Of a stretch of 64,000 bases of DNA, positions 1-13,683 are shown one piece after another (within the stretch, counting starts at the first letter, position 1; each line of letters starts with the position of its first letter). Position numbers and translations under genes: made by a program. The stretch is taken from NCBI GenBank assembly GCA_036785375.1, contig JAWMAR010000081.1, forward strand, positions 2,728,001 through 2,792,000, given 5' to 3'. The stretch comes from Leucoraja ocellata. Taxonomy: Eukaryota. The notes beneath the pieces were generated by a model, which was not told the origin of the DNA, made no database searches, and saw only the letters and a program-made list of their open reading frames with translations.

Positions 1-8
1 GCAAATAC

Positions 9-98
9 CTTTCAATTCCTGGTCTTCTGTGTTACCACGTTCAGATATAGGGGATTGATCTAATACACGAGTAGTGCCAGAGTTTGTCAGGTTACGGT
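9..98 (-). CDS. Repeat exon, 90 nt: DRNLTNSGTTRVLDQSPISERGNTEDQELK
   Basis: tcccttgcag|AC ... AAA G|gtattt; phase 1-1, open; flank resembles that of the exon at 10119. Confidence 0.75.
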
Positions 99-289
99 CT
101 GCAAGGGACAACAAAGAAACCAAATACAAACATCACATTTTTTCATGAGAATTTGCCCTTTCTGGACATTTGCTATACACCTAGATGAGTACAGAATCAA
201 AGTCTCCCAAATCAAGAACTACAGATGTTAGTCTATATGATCTGAAAATACGTGGAAAGGCATCTTACGATGAGGACATTATGATTCCA

Positions 290-1103
290 CAATGGGTTAT
301 AGAAGATAGAGTGAGTGATTGGGCAAAAGTGTAGTTTAACATGGGTCAGTGTGAAGACATGCACTTCAGTACGAGGATTCAAAACATCGATTATTATCTA
401 AATGGCGAGGGACACGGGAAATTGGTGGTTCAGAGGATTTTAGGCGTTCTTGTGCATGAATCACAAAAATATAAAAGGCAGTTAAGAATGTAATTGGCAT
501 TTAGAATCTTGTGCAAGAGAGTTGAACTTTAAGAATAGGAAGGTTTTGTAAAGGTTGTGTTGATGGAGCCACACCTGGAATACTATGCAGAATTTTGGTT
601 CCCTTACTTAAAAAAAGGATTTAGTGGCATTAGAAGCAGTTGAATAGAGACTCATCTGGCTAATCCTGGAATGAAAGAGCTGTCCTATCATGAGCTAGAT
701 AGTTTGGTCTGTATTCCTTAGATGGTTGAGGGTGACATTATTTCAGTAAGATACTAAAAGGGCTTTAACAGGGTAGATGCTGAAATATTTTTTCTAGTGG
801 GAGAGTGATGAACAAGGGGACATGGTTACAAATGGAGCTGGTCACCTAAGTCCAAGGTGCACAGAAATGTATTTTCCCTGAGGGTAAATAATCTCTGCAA
901 TTCTAAATCCAGAGGTTGGTAGATCATTCGATGTATTTATAGTGGAAATTGACGAATATTTGAAAGATTGAGTATTTAAAGGTTATGGGGAATTTACAGA
1001 AGCGGACGAGGCTACCATAGATGAGTCATCATCATAATGAGTGGCCAGCCAGGCTTGAGGGCCCTGGAGGCCCACGCATGCTCCTAATTTCTTGTGTTCT
1101 TGT
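290..1103 (+). mobile_element. Old CR1-clade LINE 3' fragment
   Basis: Degenerate RT C-terminal motifs (ccacacctggaatactatgcagaattttgg; atgtagaa-type tail motifs) ending in a ttcttgtgttcttgt tail. Confidence 0.75.
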
Positions 1104-1526
1104 ACATAATATAATTTAAACATGCAAAGTTTTTAAAAGCAATGAGATGCATGATATCTTGCCCAGTGTTTCATGCAAAACATAATATCATGCTAGCTGA
1201 GTGTACATTACACCAACATGCAGCAGGACAAACAATTGCTGAGCAACATTTCTGAATCAAGAACAAATGACTAAAACACATGTTGCTTTAGTTGAGAGTT
1301 TAAATTGATCACTTAAACAACTTCTGATGAAGTGTCTCTCCACAGAGGTTGCATGATGACTAAATAATCTTCACAATACATTTTTATTTCAGATTTCCAT
1401 CATCGGCAAATTTTTGGTTTCCAATTGACTTAAGTGAATTTATTTGTTTGGTTGATTGTGTATTATCTCTGGTGACAACATATTTATTAAATTTATTCAT
1501 AAAACAAACAAAATGTTTTGTATTTA

Positions 1527-1612
1527 AAAAATGCCGTGGTAACTCAGCGGGTCAGGCAGCATCTCTGGAGAACGTGGAAATGTGGCATTTCAGGTCAGGA
1601 CCCTTCTTCAGA
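1527..1612 (-). mobile_element. Penelope-derived short repeat
   Basis: Reverse complement reads tctgaagaagggtcctgacctgaaatgcc...gatgctgcctgacccgctgagttacc; same family as 46161-46254. Confidence 0.7.
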
Positions 1613-2438
1613 TTTTGTATCATCTATTCCATTTATGTGAAACCCTGTTACTCGTTAAATTGCTTTAACTGGACTACTACTAAAGTTATATAACAATAAT
1701 TTGTGTATGGAACAAAAGGAGGCTAATTTAAATATGGCCCACTCTTGCACATTTACTACAATGTACACAATACCCAAGAATTATATTAAAGCATTCGTAA
1801 TGCCTCGCAGAGCAGCTGGGAATAATCCAATGCTAGTTGACTGGGTCAATCAGTTCTTGGGAAGGAGAAAGTAAGTGGGATTGAGCACGGTCAGCGGTAA
1901 CCCATCGTAAAGTTGCAGAGTTTAGAAGAATAGTATTTTTCCAATCACGTGACTATAACCAATATTGACATTAGCACAGGCAACGTTCCCTAATTTTATG
2001 ACAAGGAATCAACTAATGCAGTCAGATTATCCAGAATGAGTGTCATGTGTCAGACAGGTTCAGAAGTGAGAAAGCTATTATTTAAAGTTGAGAAATTATT
2101 GTCAAAATATGATATAAACTTTTGTATTTCTACAGCTGTAGGATAAGCTGACCAGCTACTCTCCATAACCTGGAAAGAAGGTCCAATAACAGGTTGTGCA
2201 GATGTTTGCTTCCTGGAAAAGACAATAATATTACTCACCTCTTGGTAAGTCCTTCAAATGTCCACCATTCACTATCAATGTACTCGTCTGGTAATGACCA
2301 AAATATCTACCTATGCTAAGCCCATTTTCATTCAGCCTGTACCCTTGTATGGCACAGTGTTTCAAGAATTCTTCTAAACATCTATTAAAGATTGTGAGAT
2401 TGCCTGCTTCCACCATCTTAGTGCATTCTCAATCACAT

Positions 2439-4796
2439 AGAAACATAGAAAATAGTTGCAGGAGTAGGCCATTCGGCCCTTCGAGCCTGCACCGCCATTC
2501 AATATGATCATGACTGATCATCCAACTCAATATCCTGTACCTGCCTTCTCTCCATACCCCCTGCTCCCTTTAGCCACAAGGGCCACATCTAACTACCTCT
2601 TAAATATAGCCAATCAACTGGCCTCAACTACTTTCTGTGGCAGAGAATTCCACAGATTCACCACTTTTTTTGTGAAAAAAATTCTCATCTCGGTCCAAAA
2701 AGATTTCCCCCTTATCCTTAAACTGTGACCCCTTGTTCTGGACTTCCCCTACATCGGGAACAATCTTCCTGCATCTAGCCTGTCCAACCCCTTAAGAATT
2801 TTGTAAGTTTCTATAAAATCCCTCCTCAATCTTCTAAATTCTAGCGAGTACAAGCCAAGTCTATCCAGTCTTTCTTCATATGAAAGCCCTGCCATCCCAG
2901 GAATCAGTCTGGTGAACCTTCTCTGTACTCCCTCTATGGGAAGAATGTCTTTCCTCAGATTACGAGACCAAAACTGTACGCAATACTCCAGGTGCGGTCT
3001 CACCAACGCCCTGTACAACTGCAGTAGAACCTCCCTGCTCCTATACTCAAATCCTTTTGCTATGAATGCTAACATACCATTCGCTTTCTTCACTGCCTGC
3101 TGCACCTGCATGCCTACTTTCAATGACTGGTGTACCATGACACCCAGGTCTCGTTGCATCTCCCCTTTTCCTAAGTGGCCACCATTCAGATAATAGTCCA
3201 CTTTCCAGCTCTTGTCACCAAAGTGGATAACCTCACATTTATCCACATTATACTGCATCTGCCATGCATTTGCCCACTCACCCAACCTATCCAAGTCACC
3301 TTGCAGCCTCCTAGCATCCTCCTCACAGCTAACACTGTCCCCCAGCTTAGTGTCATCCGCAATCTTGGAGATGTTGCATTCAATTCCCTCATCCAATCAT
3401 TAATATATATATATTGTAAATAGCTGGGGTCCCAGCACTGAGCCTTGCGGTACCCCACTAGTCACTGCCTGCCATTCTGAAAAGGACCCGTTTACTCCTA
3501 CTCTTTGCTTCCTGTCTGCCAGTCAGTTCTCTATCCACATTAATACTGAACCTCCAATACCGTGTGCTTTAAGTTTGTGTACTAATCTCTTATGTGAGAC
3601 CTTGTCGAAAGCCTTCTGAAAGTCCAGATATAACACATCCACTGGTTCTCCCTTATCCACTCTACTAGTTACATCCTCGAAAATTTTTATAAGAATCGTC
3701 AGACATGATTAACCTTTCATAAATCCATGCTGACTTTGTCCAATGATTTCACCACTTTCCAAATATGCTGCTATCCCATCTTTAATAACCGACTCTAGCA
3801 TTTTCCCCATTACCGATGTGAGACTAACTGTTCTGTAATTCCCCGTTTTCTCTCTCCCTCCCTTTTTAAAGCTACCCTCCAATCCTCAGGAACTACTCCA
3901 GAATCTAAAGAGTTTTGAAAAATTATCACTAATGCATCCACTATTTCTGGGGGTACTTCCTTAAGCACTCTGGGATGCAGCCTATCTGGCCATGGGGATT
4001 TATCAACCTTTAATCCATTAATACCTAACACCACTTCTCGACTAACCTGGATTTCACTCAGTTCCACCATCTCATTTGACCCCCGCTCCCCTGCTATTTC
4101 CGGAAGATTATTTATGTTTTCCTTACTGAAGACAGAACCAACGTAGTTATTCAATTGGTCTGCCATGTCCTTGTTCCCCATGATCAATTCACTCGTTTCT
4201 GACTGCAAGGGACCTACATTTGTTTTAACTAATCTTTTTCTCTTCACATATCTATAAAGCTTTTGCAGTCAGTTTTTATGTTCCCTGCCAGTTTTCTTTC
4301 ATAATCTATTTTCCCTTTCCTAATTAAGCCCTTTGACCTTCTCTGTTGGACTCTGAATTTCTCCCAGTCCTCTGGTAGGCTGCTTTTTCTGGCTAATTTG
4401 TATGCATCATCTTTTGTTTTGATACTATCTCTGATTCCCCTTGCATCGATACTATCTCTGATTCCCCTTGCACGGATGCACTACCTTCCCTGATTTATTC
4501 TTTTGCCAAACTGGGATGAACAATTGTTGTAGTTCATCCATGTAGTCTTTAAATGCCTTCCATTGCATATCCACCGTCAACCCTTTAAGAATCAATTGCC
4601 AGTCTATCTTGGCCAATTCATGTCTCATACCCTCAAAGTTATCTTTCTTTAAGTTCAGAACCCTTGTTTCTGAATTAACTATGTCACTCTCCATCCTAAT
4701 GAAGAACTCAAACATATTATGGTCACTCTTGCCCAAGGGGCCATGCACAACACGACTGCTAACTAACCCTTCCTCATTACTCAATACCCAGTCTAG
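2439..4796 (-). mobile_element. Young 5'-truncated CR1 (HER1-like) LINE with ORF2 RT fragments
   Basis: ORFs 2749-3396 (SKIADDTKLG...RPHLEYCVQFW), 3810-4247 and 4452-4802; (catagaaa)n tail; AATCACAT on both sides (2431-2438, 4797-4804) as a likely TSD; 27-bp internal duplication near 4421-4473. Confidence 0.95.
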
Positions 4797-5204
4797 AATC
4801 ACATGTCACAGTTTTGGCAAACTTACCCATCTGTCAATAATGAGGAGACCTTGTTACAGTAATGGAATCACTGCAACCCCAATGAAATATACAATTGAGT
4901 TTTGAAGACATGAATAGATTGTCATCATGGCCCCTGTTATAAGAGGATGAGCTTGAGATGATTCTGGAACATATATACAGATGAAAGCCTCTTTCGTGCA
5001 GCCATGGAATCCTTTGAATTAACCATTCTATGTTATGAGGTCTTGCTTCCATTCACCCGTATCTGCAACATTTTTCAAAAGCTGAATCCCAAAGATCAGA
5101 TACTTACTTTCATTTGATGTGGATGAAGATGATCTCACTGACTAGGCAACTACTTTCTACTTTCCATATGTATTATTATAGTGTACTAATGCGATATTAC
5201 TATA

Positions 5205-6330
5205 CAAGTGATCAAAGACGAGGTATTGGCAGTTTTAAAGCAAATGGAGATGGATAAATTTCCAGGGTCTGACCAAGTACATCCTGGGACCTTGTGGGAA
5301 GCTAGTGAGGAAATTGCAAAGGCTCTTGCAGAGATATTTGTATCATCATTACCACAGTTAAAATTCTGGTAGACTGAAGAGTAAATAATGTTGTACCACT
5401 ATTTAAGAAGGGCAGCAAAGCCAAGCCAGTGAACTACAGGCCAGTGAACCTGCGTTAGTGGAGGCATGTTGTTGGAAGGGATTCTTAGGGACAGGGTCTA
5501 CCAGCATTTGGATAGGAGCGGAATGATTAGGAATAGCTAGCATGGCTTTGTGTATAAGAAATCATATCTTACAAATCTGAAAGAGATTTTTTGAAGAGGC
5601 CATCAAAAAGATTGATGAGGGCAGGGCAGTGGACGTTGTCTACATGGAGTTTAGCAAGGTCTTTGATAAGCTTCCACATGGTAGGCTGATTGGAAGATTG
5701 TATTGAATGGAATTCAAGGTGAGCTGGCCAATTGGATTCAAAACTGGCTTGTAGCAAGGAGTCGAAGGCTGGTCGCAGAGGGATGTTTATCTGATCGGCT
5801 CCCTGTTTATCTGATTGGAGGCCTGTGACTATTAATGTGCCGCAGGGGTCAGTGCTGGGTCCCCGGTTGTTTGTTATATACTTTAAAGATTTAGATGACA
5901 ATGTCATTAATATTGTTAGTAAATTTGCAGATGACACCAAAATTAGTGACACAGTAGACAGTAAGGATGGATATCTAAGTTTACAACAAGAACTAGATCT
6001 GTTGGTTAGGTGGACCATGGAATGACAAATGGAATTTAACTGACAAAAGTATGGGGTGTTGCCCTTTGGTATGTTAAACCATGGCAGGACTTAGATAGTA
6101 AATGGGAGAGCCCTGGAGGGTGTTGCAGAACAGAGGGATTTGGGGGTTTGGTGCATGGTTCCATAAAATTCGCAAGTCAGCTAGTCTGTGTGGTGAAGAA
6201 GTCATTTGGCATGCTTGCCTCCATTAGGAAGGGAATTGAGTAGCAAAGTTGGGACATCATGATGCAGCTCAAAAAGACGTTGGTGAAACCACACTTGTAG
6301 TAGTGTGTGCAGTTCTAGTCACATAACTAT
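5205..6330 (+). mobile_element. Degenerate CR1 LINE RT fragment
   Basis: ORF 5825-6025 [12 protein letters not shown]...SKFADDTKI; many stops and frameshifts. Confidence 0.9.
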
Positions 6331-8654
6331 ATCAATACAGCCTGTGGCTTTCAATGTCAGGTGCTCAGGTACAGTTTTCTTATATACTTCACTGGGAAGA
6401 CATAAGTTTGTAACATGGGGTGATCATGGACAGGATGAAATTTGGAAAATATGAAATACAATGTTGTGGTCATCCATAGAGACCAACTTAAAATATGCAC
6501 ACAAAGAAACACAAAGGAATGCTAATATTAATTAGAACAATACACATGTACAGTATTTATTGCAATTGTAGGTACAGGATATTTCTAATGCTGAATACTA
6601 CAGCCATGTCTCAACTAGTGATTTTTACAGAAATGATTTAATTTGTGCTGGAGATGCCCCTACACAAAGCTGGTGAACATGGAAGGGAAATAATCCAAAC
6701 CTGCGCATGCTGGTGGATCCAGGTGCAATCCATTTACTTCATGTGAGTTACTGACTTACCCACACGGCAAAGATGTGCAACGAAGCATTTAGCAGCTTTA
6801 TTTTCCTCCTTAATCCAATTCATTGCAACAGTACTCGCCTTCACCCAACTGACTCACTTTTGACCCCACTGAAGGCATCACCTTATTTTAGTTTTAACTG
6901 ACTCCTGGTGAGATTCCTGTCATTAAGTTTGCTCCTGATGAATATAACTGAGAAATTGTTCTAAACTTTCCACCTAGTCTAGCTTTGCTAGACACCAATG
7001 ATGTAATGCTATTCCTAGCATCAGCTTTATTTGGGAAAAGTTGATGGAAAATTTGACTTAAGACATTGCTCCAAAATTAATACAGTCACCCTAAGTATCG
7101 GCAGGTCTTTATTTCTAATGCAGCCATCTTTTAGTTCACTTGCTGCCTCCTCTATTACTGTCAACCCGAAAGCTGTGGTCAAGGAAACTATTTTCTCTGC
7201 AACCTCCTGCTGATATTTCATAATTTCCTGGCATAGTTGGTATCTGGATATCACAAAATGGACAAAGGTATTTGGTTTCATTGGTCAGCTGTTTGTCTGT
7301 TCAGCAGCAATAACACACTCTATAAGTCAATTCCACCTTAAAGAGCCCAAGCTTAATTTCCAACTATTTTCTGGTATAAAGCCCCTGAAAACAGATTTAA
7401 TATGCATTATTATTCAAGCATTGGACATTTTTAAAAACCTGTCTTCCATGAGATGTCAGCAAGTAGAAAGATCTGTAAAACCCTCCAATTTGTAACTGGA
7501 AATGAAATTGGGCTCAAACTCTCTGCAAGTGGTGAGTCAGCAAGGATTCAGCAGTGCAAGGAAAAAAAAGTCAAAACTTACCTCATATGTATTCGCTGTC
7601 ACTTTACTATTAATTGCCAGCTCAATCCTCAACAACGAGGCCTGAATGATAACAAGGCCTAATGAGCCATGTGGGGAGGCAGAATTTGTTTTCAATAAAA
7701 CATTGAGAAAATTGTTCAATAGCAAGCCAAACATGATCAAAACTGTGAGGGGTTTTGAATAATCAGCCTGGTACATCTGATCCAGTGTCAATTCTAATAC
7801 TGAGTGATGAGATCACAACTTCCAGCACTGGCATGTGCCCAAGTCAGCAGTGATATCTGTTGCCCTCCTGCTGTTGACTGCTCTTATGCTGCATAGGTGA
7901 ACTCATGGAGTCCAACAGGGAAGTCTGACTGCTGAGCCTGCATTAAGTTAAATGTGGTAGATGTTAAATGAAGAGTAGAGGTCAGTTTCTGGGGACAGGT
8001 TTAGTAGTTATTTATTTATTTGTTATTTGGTAATGTCAATGTTTTTAGTATGTAAATATGACGAGAATAAGAATTAAATTGTGGTGGGTGCAGGATTAAG
8101 TGTAAAATAAGTTCTCAGTGGGATGTAGAGCTGTAGGACATGTTTCCCCGCTGTATGTCTCTGATTCTATGACGCTTGCGTTTGAATGTTAAATTTAAAC
8201 TGGTCCCAAATGTTAGTGAACATTTGCAAATATCAAAGCCATTTTCTGAGTCCAATTGGGTATCTGCCAAGACTCCCCCTCTGCTCCCCTCAGCCGTGTT
8301 GTAGAGCCGGGATCCGGGCTTGCAGAGGAAGACTGTATCTAGCGACTTACCAGAACAAATGGCGTAGCTCAGCGGCAAAGAGCCATTAATTGTGAGACAG
8401 CAGAAAATCTGCCCCGTTACAAATTCAAAATTACAAATTAACATCAGTTAAGAACATTTCAGAAGAAACTATTAAAAATGTTCAACCAAACATTTAATTT
8501 TGAAAAGTGTAAATTATAAGATACTAACCTTGTTCCCTCTCAGCTGTTTGTCGCAATACAAATGAATGGAATTGTTCAGATATCAGATTCCCCAGAGTAT
8601 GTGATGTGAAACTACACAACCATGTCATTTTCTGTTTGACTCCATGATCATTTC

Positions 8655-9296
8655 CAGAAGTGGCGGTGCTGGTGAACGGCTGCAGCTCGCCTGCAGTCCA
8701 TTTGTCTTTACTTTTTTGTGTTGTTTTTTTTTTCTGTTTTGTCTAGTTAAGTTTTTGGTTTTTAGGTTGTGTTTATGTGGGGGGTGGGGGGTTGAAACGT
8801 GGCTTGCTGTCTCTCCCTTCGGGGGAATGCGACTTTTTTGTCGTATCCCCCTTCTCTGCCTATGTCTGCGCTGAGGCCTAATGGCGGAGCTGGTGACCTC
8901 GAGACTCCGGAGGCAGCCAGTCAGGACTCACCCTGGGCTCGCTCCCATGAGGGTGGCCCAGCTCGGGGCTGGAACGGCGCTCCCGTGAGGGGCTGTGACG
9001 CTCCCGTGAGGGCGGCCTGGCGAGGGGTTGAGACACTCCCGTGAGGGGCTGTGGTGCTCCCGTCGGAGCGGCCCAGCTCGAGGGTGGAACGCAGAGGGAG
9101 AAGAGGAGGGAAGAGACTGCAGCCCTAAGATTTTTGCCTCCACCACAGTGAGGAGGTGCTTGGAGGATACACTGCGGTGGATGTTAATTTGTGTTTAGTG
9201 TTGTTTATTATTGTATGTATGACTGCAGGCACGAAATTTTGTTCAGACCATAAGGTCTGAATGACAATAAAGGAATTCAATTCAATTCAATTCAAT
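8655..9296 (+). mobile_element. GC-rich non-autonomous retroelement (SINE-like) with an internal ~20-bp tandem repeat and (TTCAA)n tail
   Basis: Repeated gctcccgtgagggg units at ~8940-9065; 3' hairpin gttcagacc-ataa-ggtctgaat, then gacaataaa and the microsatellite tail; 3' part homologous to 53060-53315. Confidence 0.7.
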
Positions 9297-10118
9297 GAGG
9301 TATCCAATATTGGAGCACAATGGAGTCAGAAGGGCAAGTCAATCAAGCTAGGATCCAAAATTAAGTAATACTAAAGCAGGGAAATGCCCAGTATTAATCA
9401 GCATTTCCCTAAACATTCTGGTCCATTTTCTAGTTAGTAAGAATAGCAAAACTAATTATTAAATCTGAGAAGCACAGCAGATTAATTTCCTGACAAAATC
9501 TACACAGCATAGCCATGATAATGAAAGAAACAATGAGTGTATGCAACAACAAAATCCAGCATTGTGAGACACACAGTTGCTGTTGATGCAATTATCTAAC
9601 CATTCTTTCCATAGTTCCTAAGCACAAACATAGCCAAACACTACCTTTATAATCCATGCAATGTATGACAGTGCCCAGCAAGTATATTTTACAGATGAGC
9701 AATCAAAAGAACTCCATGCACTATACACTTACACTACATACCCAGTATAACTTTCAAATAAATAAACTTGAGGTCATTGTGGTGTAGCATAACTTTAAAA
9801 TGGACATTCAGTCTCAAGATCAAATGAGTATCACTTTAGCCATGCATTAAAATGCAAATATAAATAGATGATCGCTGATTTTGCAGCATAAATACTTATT
9901 AAACTAAATGTCAATTCACTAGCTGTTATTTTTTTAATGTACAATGTTGCATCTTAGGTTTCTTTAAAGTGAATATACCTTAAGGATAAAACACAAATTG
10001 TAAATCACCAAAATAACAGAATTCTAGAATGGGTTACATAAAATATTATCAAACCTATCAATTCTGCATAACATTATGTAGCATCATTACTATTCACACC
10101 ACAATTTACCACAAGTAC

Positions 10119-10208
10119 CTGTGAATTTCTTGTCTTCTATGTGGTCAATCTCAGAAACAGGGGTTGGAATAAACACATGTGAAGTGTCAGAGATTGGCAG
10201 TTTATGTT
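10119..10208 (-). CDS. Repeat exon, 90 nt: EHKLPISDTSHVFIPTPVSEIDHIEDKKFT
   Basis: cctttacag|AA ... ACA G|gtactt; phase 1-1, open. Confidence 0.8.
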
Positions 10209-10807
10209 CTGTAAAGGATGACAAAGAAACCAAATACAAATCTTGTGTCTTTACCCAGAAGAGTAATAACCTGCCTATTTTGGCATCTGAAACATTTGTG
10301 TCTGTTTTTGTATTGGACCAATATGTTTATTTCAATCTAGCCAATGAATTGATAAGATATCTGAATGTTTTATCTCCAACACTAGCTGTGGACCCCCGAT
10401 GATATTCCTGGTACATATTATTATAGACAGTTATTCCATCTGATTTCTTGCATTAGTTTTGAACATAAACCAAACTTGTCTTTTATATTTCATACATTAT
10501 TCACCCTACAGACCACTTGTTAATGATTCCATAGTATCTCATGCACATCAGCTTTGCCATAGTTAAAATACTCTGCTGCAGCTGTTTAATTTAATATGGT
10601 CAAATATAAATAATTACCAAGCACACTTCAAGCAAATTGCTGTAGATAATTCCATTAAATTAATTGTATAAATGTACTTAAATTGTCAGACACAACAGCT
10701 AATAGAAAAAAAATCATGCAAAATGCAAAAGGTGAATGTGCATAAAATGTCTTCCATGGTCAGTATTTATAGCACTATTATTTAGAGCCTGATAGCTTTT
10801 TGAATAC

Positions 10808-10888
10808 CTGTCTGTTTTTTCTCTCCTGCATTATAAACATGGGTTGGATTAGACAATTTTGCAGTCTTAGATGTTGAGAGTTCATGGT
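10808..10888 (-). CDS. Repeat exon, 81 nt: DHELSTSKTAKLSNPTHVYNAGEKKQT
   Basis: tttgttacag|AC ... ACA G|gtattc; phase 1-1. Confidence 0.8.
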
Positions 10889-11139
10889 CTGTAACAAATA
10901 ACAAATATACCAAATGAAATAAACCAAGTGAAAAGCATGCAAGGGTGGTTGTGTGCACTTTCATAAATGTAGTGGCTATTCCAAAAGAATAAAGAAGCTT
11001 CCATGTAAAATTCTCCCAGTCCTCTCAGAGGAGAGATTTTATTCCAATCCAAATAACAAAATAACTTAGAAATACAGTTTTTGTTAAAAATAAAAATTGA
11101 GGTAATGGAATCATAGTGTTCTACAGCATAGCGACAATC

Positions 11140-11850
11140 AAAATGCCTACCATTTACCTCCATTAGACCCATATCCCTCTACTCCTTTTCTATCCCAGTA
11201 ACTGTCCATAAGCCTTTTAAATGCTGTAAAGATAGCGGAGTCAGGGTATATGGGGAGAAGGCAGGAACGGGGTACATATTGGGGATGATCAGCCATGATC
11301 ACATTGAATGGTGGTGCTGGCTCAAATGGCCTACTCCTGCACATATTGTCTATTGACTTGTAGTTCTGTTTGCCTCCACCACTTATCCTGGTGGTTGGTT
11401 CATTATGCAAAAAACCTGCCCTTCAGATCTCCATTGCTTCTGGAACGTCATTCGAGGCTAGCAAAGATACATAACTCTCCTTGGAGCCCCAGCAAACACC
11501 TCCACTGTTTTGAATATAATCTAAGAATAGAATCAGGCCCGGGGCATTTAACTGTCTTAATATGTTCCAAAATTCCCTTCCACATATGAACATGTTGTAA
11601 AATAGCAACATATTCCTCCTCTAACTCCTCTCTCTCTCCATCCTCTACATCTTGCTCAAGGTGAATACCGATGAGAAATATTCAATTAGGAACCCACTCA
11701 TATCCTCTGGCTCCCCATGTAGATTTCTCAGAGAGGTCACATTCTTTCCCGGAGTACTCCTTTACTTTGAACGGTAAAGGTTTGAGGATTCACCATAGTC
11801 CTGCTTGCTAAGGCCATTTCATGTCTCCTTTTTGACCTCCTAATTTTTTT
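11140..11850. mobile_element. Old minus-strand CR1 fragment containing a younger plus-strand CR1 3' end (11231-11355)
   Basis: Opposed CR1 3' UTR motifs (catatccctctactcc vs gggtatatggggagaaggcagg...tattgtctattg). Confidence 0.7.
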
Positions 11851-13539
11851 TTTAAATTTAAGATATATCATTGAGTCTTACATCAGAAATGAAGTGACCT
11901 TGTGTATGAATGACATACAATTCACATCCTGAAGTGTGACTATCAACTTCCCCATCCAACCCTCAACTGGCCCGGTGGTATTACTAGAGCTGTACAAAAT
12001 TACCAGAAAATGGCCATTTTTGTTTCTTACAGGGGAAAAAATAATTTTTCAGTTGCACCATGTTGAAAACACTCAGCAGCTTATGAATTAATTTCTTCTC
12101 TTTGTTATAGGACATTAATGTATCACCATTGCTGAATTGGCCCTACTACGACATTCTAAGGACAAGCAATTAATTCAAATGTAACCATGCATAAAACATT
12201 CAAAATTATCTTTCAAATAATATCAAATCACAATAATGTTGTGGACGACTGTACTGGTTGCAGGTTGAATACAACTTCTAACAACATTAATACCAGTAAT
12301 TTCAAGATAATCGCTGTTAAATACAACCATTAACTAATATTTTTGCAGACAATCAATAACAGCAACAAAAATTAAACTTTCTCCTTGATGTTCAGGACAA
12401 TTACATTAGAAATATTCAAAGCAAAAGTGTACATGATTTAAATGGCAATAGACAATCCATGCATTAAAATGTTGTATTACCATCCAGCACACTACGACAA
12501 ATCAGACACAACAATTTGACAAACACTTTATAGCCAAGCACAGCATCTAAATTTCTCCAAATGAGATGTGCTGCACAAATAGTCCAACAGAAATAAGCAG
12601 AATCACTAAATCCCATGAAATGAAGAGCAGTGTCATCATTTCATATCGTTTTTGTTACAAGTTGCAAGCAAGACAGTGCACTGACTTGTCAAATACATTC
12701 AGACACAAGTGAATTATACCACCATTCAATTATAAAGTCAAATGGCATTTTAGAATGTGTCCTAAATTCCTGTTGCATAAGGGCATATTGCCATATATAG
12801 TTACTAGGTACTGATTTCCTAGATTCACAAAGGCACAAATATTGCCAGAATGTCAGTAAATCTTAGCAAATTCAGATTAGGAGATTCCAATCATCATCTC
12901 AGGAATGTCAATGACATTGGCGAGGTTCAACTGGGCTGGTTCAAGGGGTTAAGATGGAATCCAGATACAAAATCCTCATGGTATTTTGATGAACATAGCA
13001 GTAGTACCAGGTATCATCACTGTATCAATATACTGCATTTGTTTTCATAATTTTAATATTGAAGCTAACCATGAATTACACAACTAATAATAGTTTTGAT
13101 ATACTAAACTACGTTCAATAGAAAGTGGTGACCAATTAATCCGGTATTATTCGAGAAGAATCATGTACGAGTACAATAATGAAAAGTATGTGCTATATAA
13201 TTTCCATTGCATGAAATCCAATCATTATTCGATAAACTTCTCAACAAAATAGTTCTGATCAGCGGACAGCACATTTACATCTAAGCCACGTATAAACTCA
13301 ATGAAATATGCACAATAACCCAACAAAAAAAAGCAAAATACATAAAACAAAGACATAGAATTACAACGGATTGCTTATGTCACATGGGCCGTGATACAAC
13401 ATTGTAAGCTGCAAGCAATATAGTGCATTGACAATCATAACGCACGTAACTGTAAAAGCGTGTGGTAGCACTTGCTGCATGTGCCCTAAATTTCCATCAC
13501 TATAACACAAGCTTAAGTCATAAATATTGTTAAAGGTAC

Positions 13540-13683
13540 CTGTACCTTCAGTATCACTTATCTGAGCATGCTCAGGTTCTGGGATTGGATTGATCACATT
13601 AGCAATATCAGTGACTGGCAGCCCACCGTCAGGCATTAAAGTGAACACGCTAGTAGTAGCTTCTGAGATTTTCACCTCATGGT
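13540..13683 (-). CDS. Repeat exon, 144 nt: DHEVKISEATTSVFTLMPDGGLPVTDIANVINPIPEPEHAQISDTEGT
   Basis: cttatctcttcag|AC ... ACA G|gtacc; lies inside ORF 13361-13675. Confidence 0.85.

Noticed and set aside
8361-8430. tRNA gene or tRNA-derived SINE head (ggcgtagctcagcggcaaagagc)
   Set aside because: A-box-like only; no B box or T arm and no acceptor-stem partner
8529-8635. Additional family exon ending CAA G|gttagt
   Set aside because: No acceptor gives a stop-free phase-1 frame
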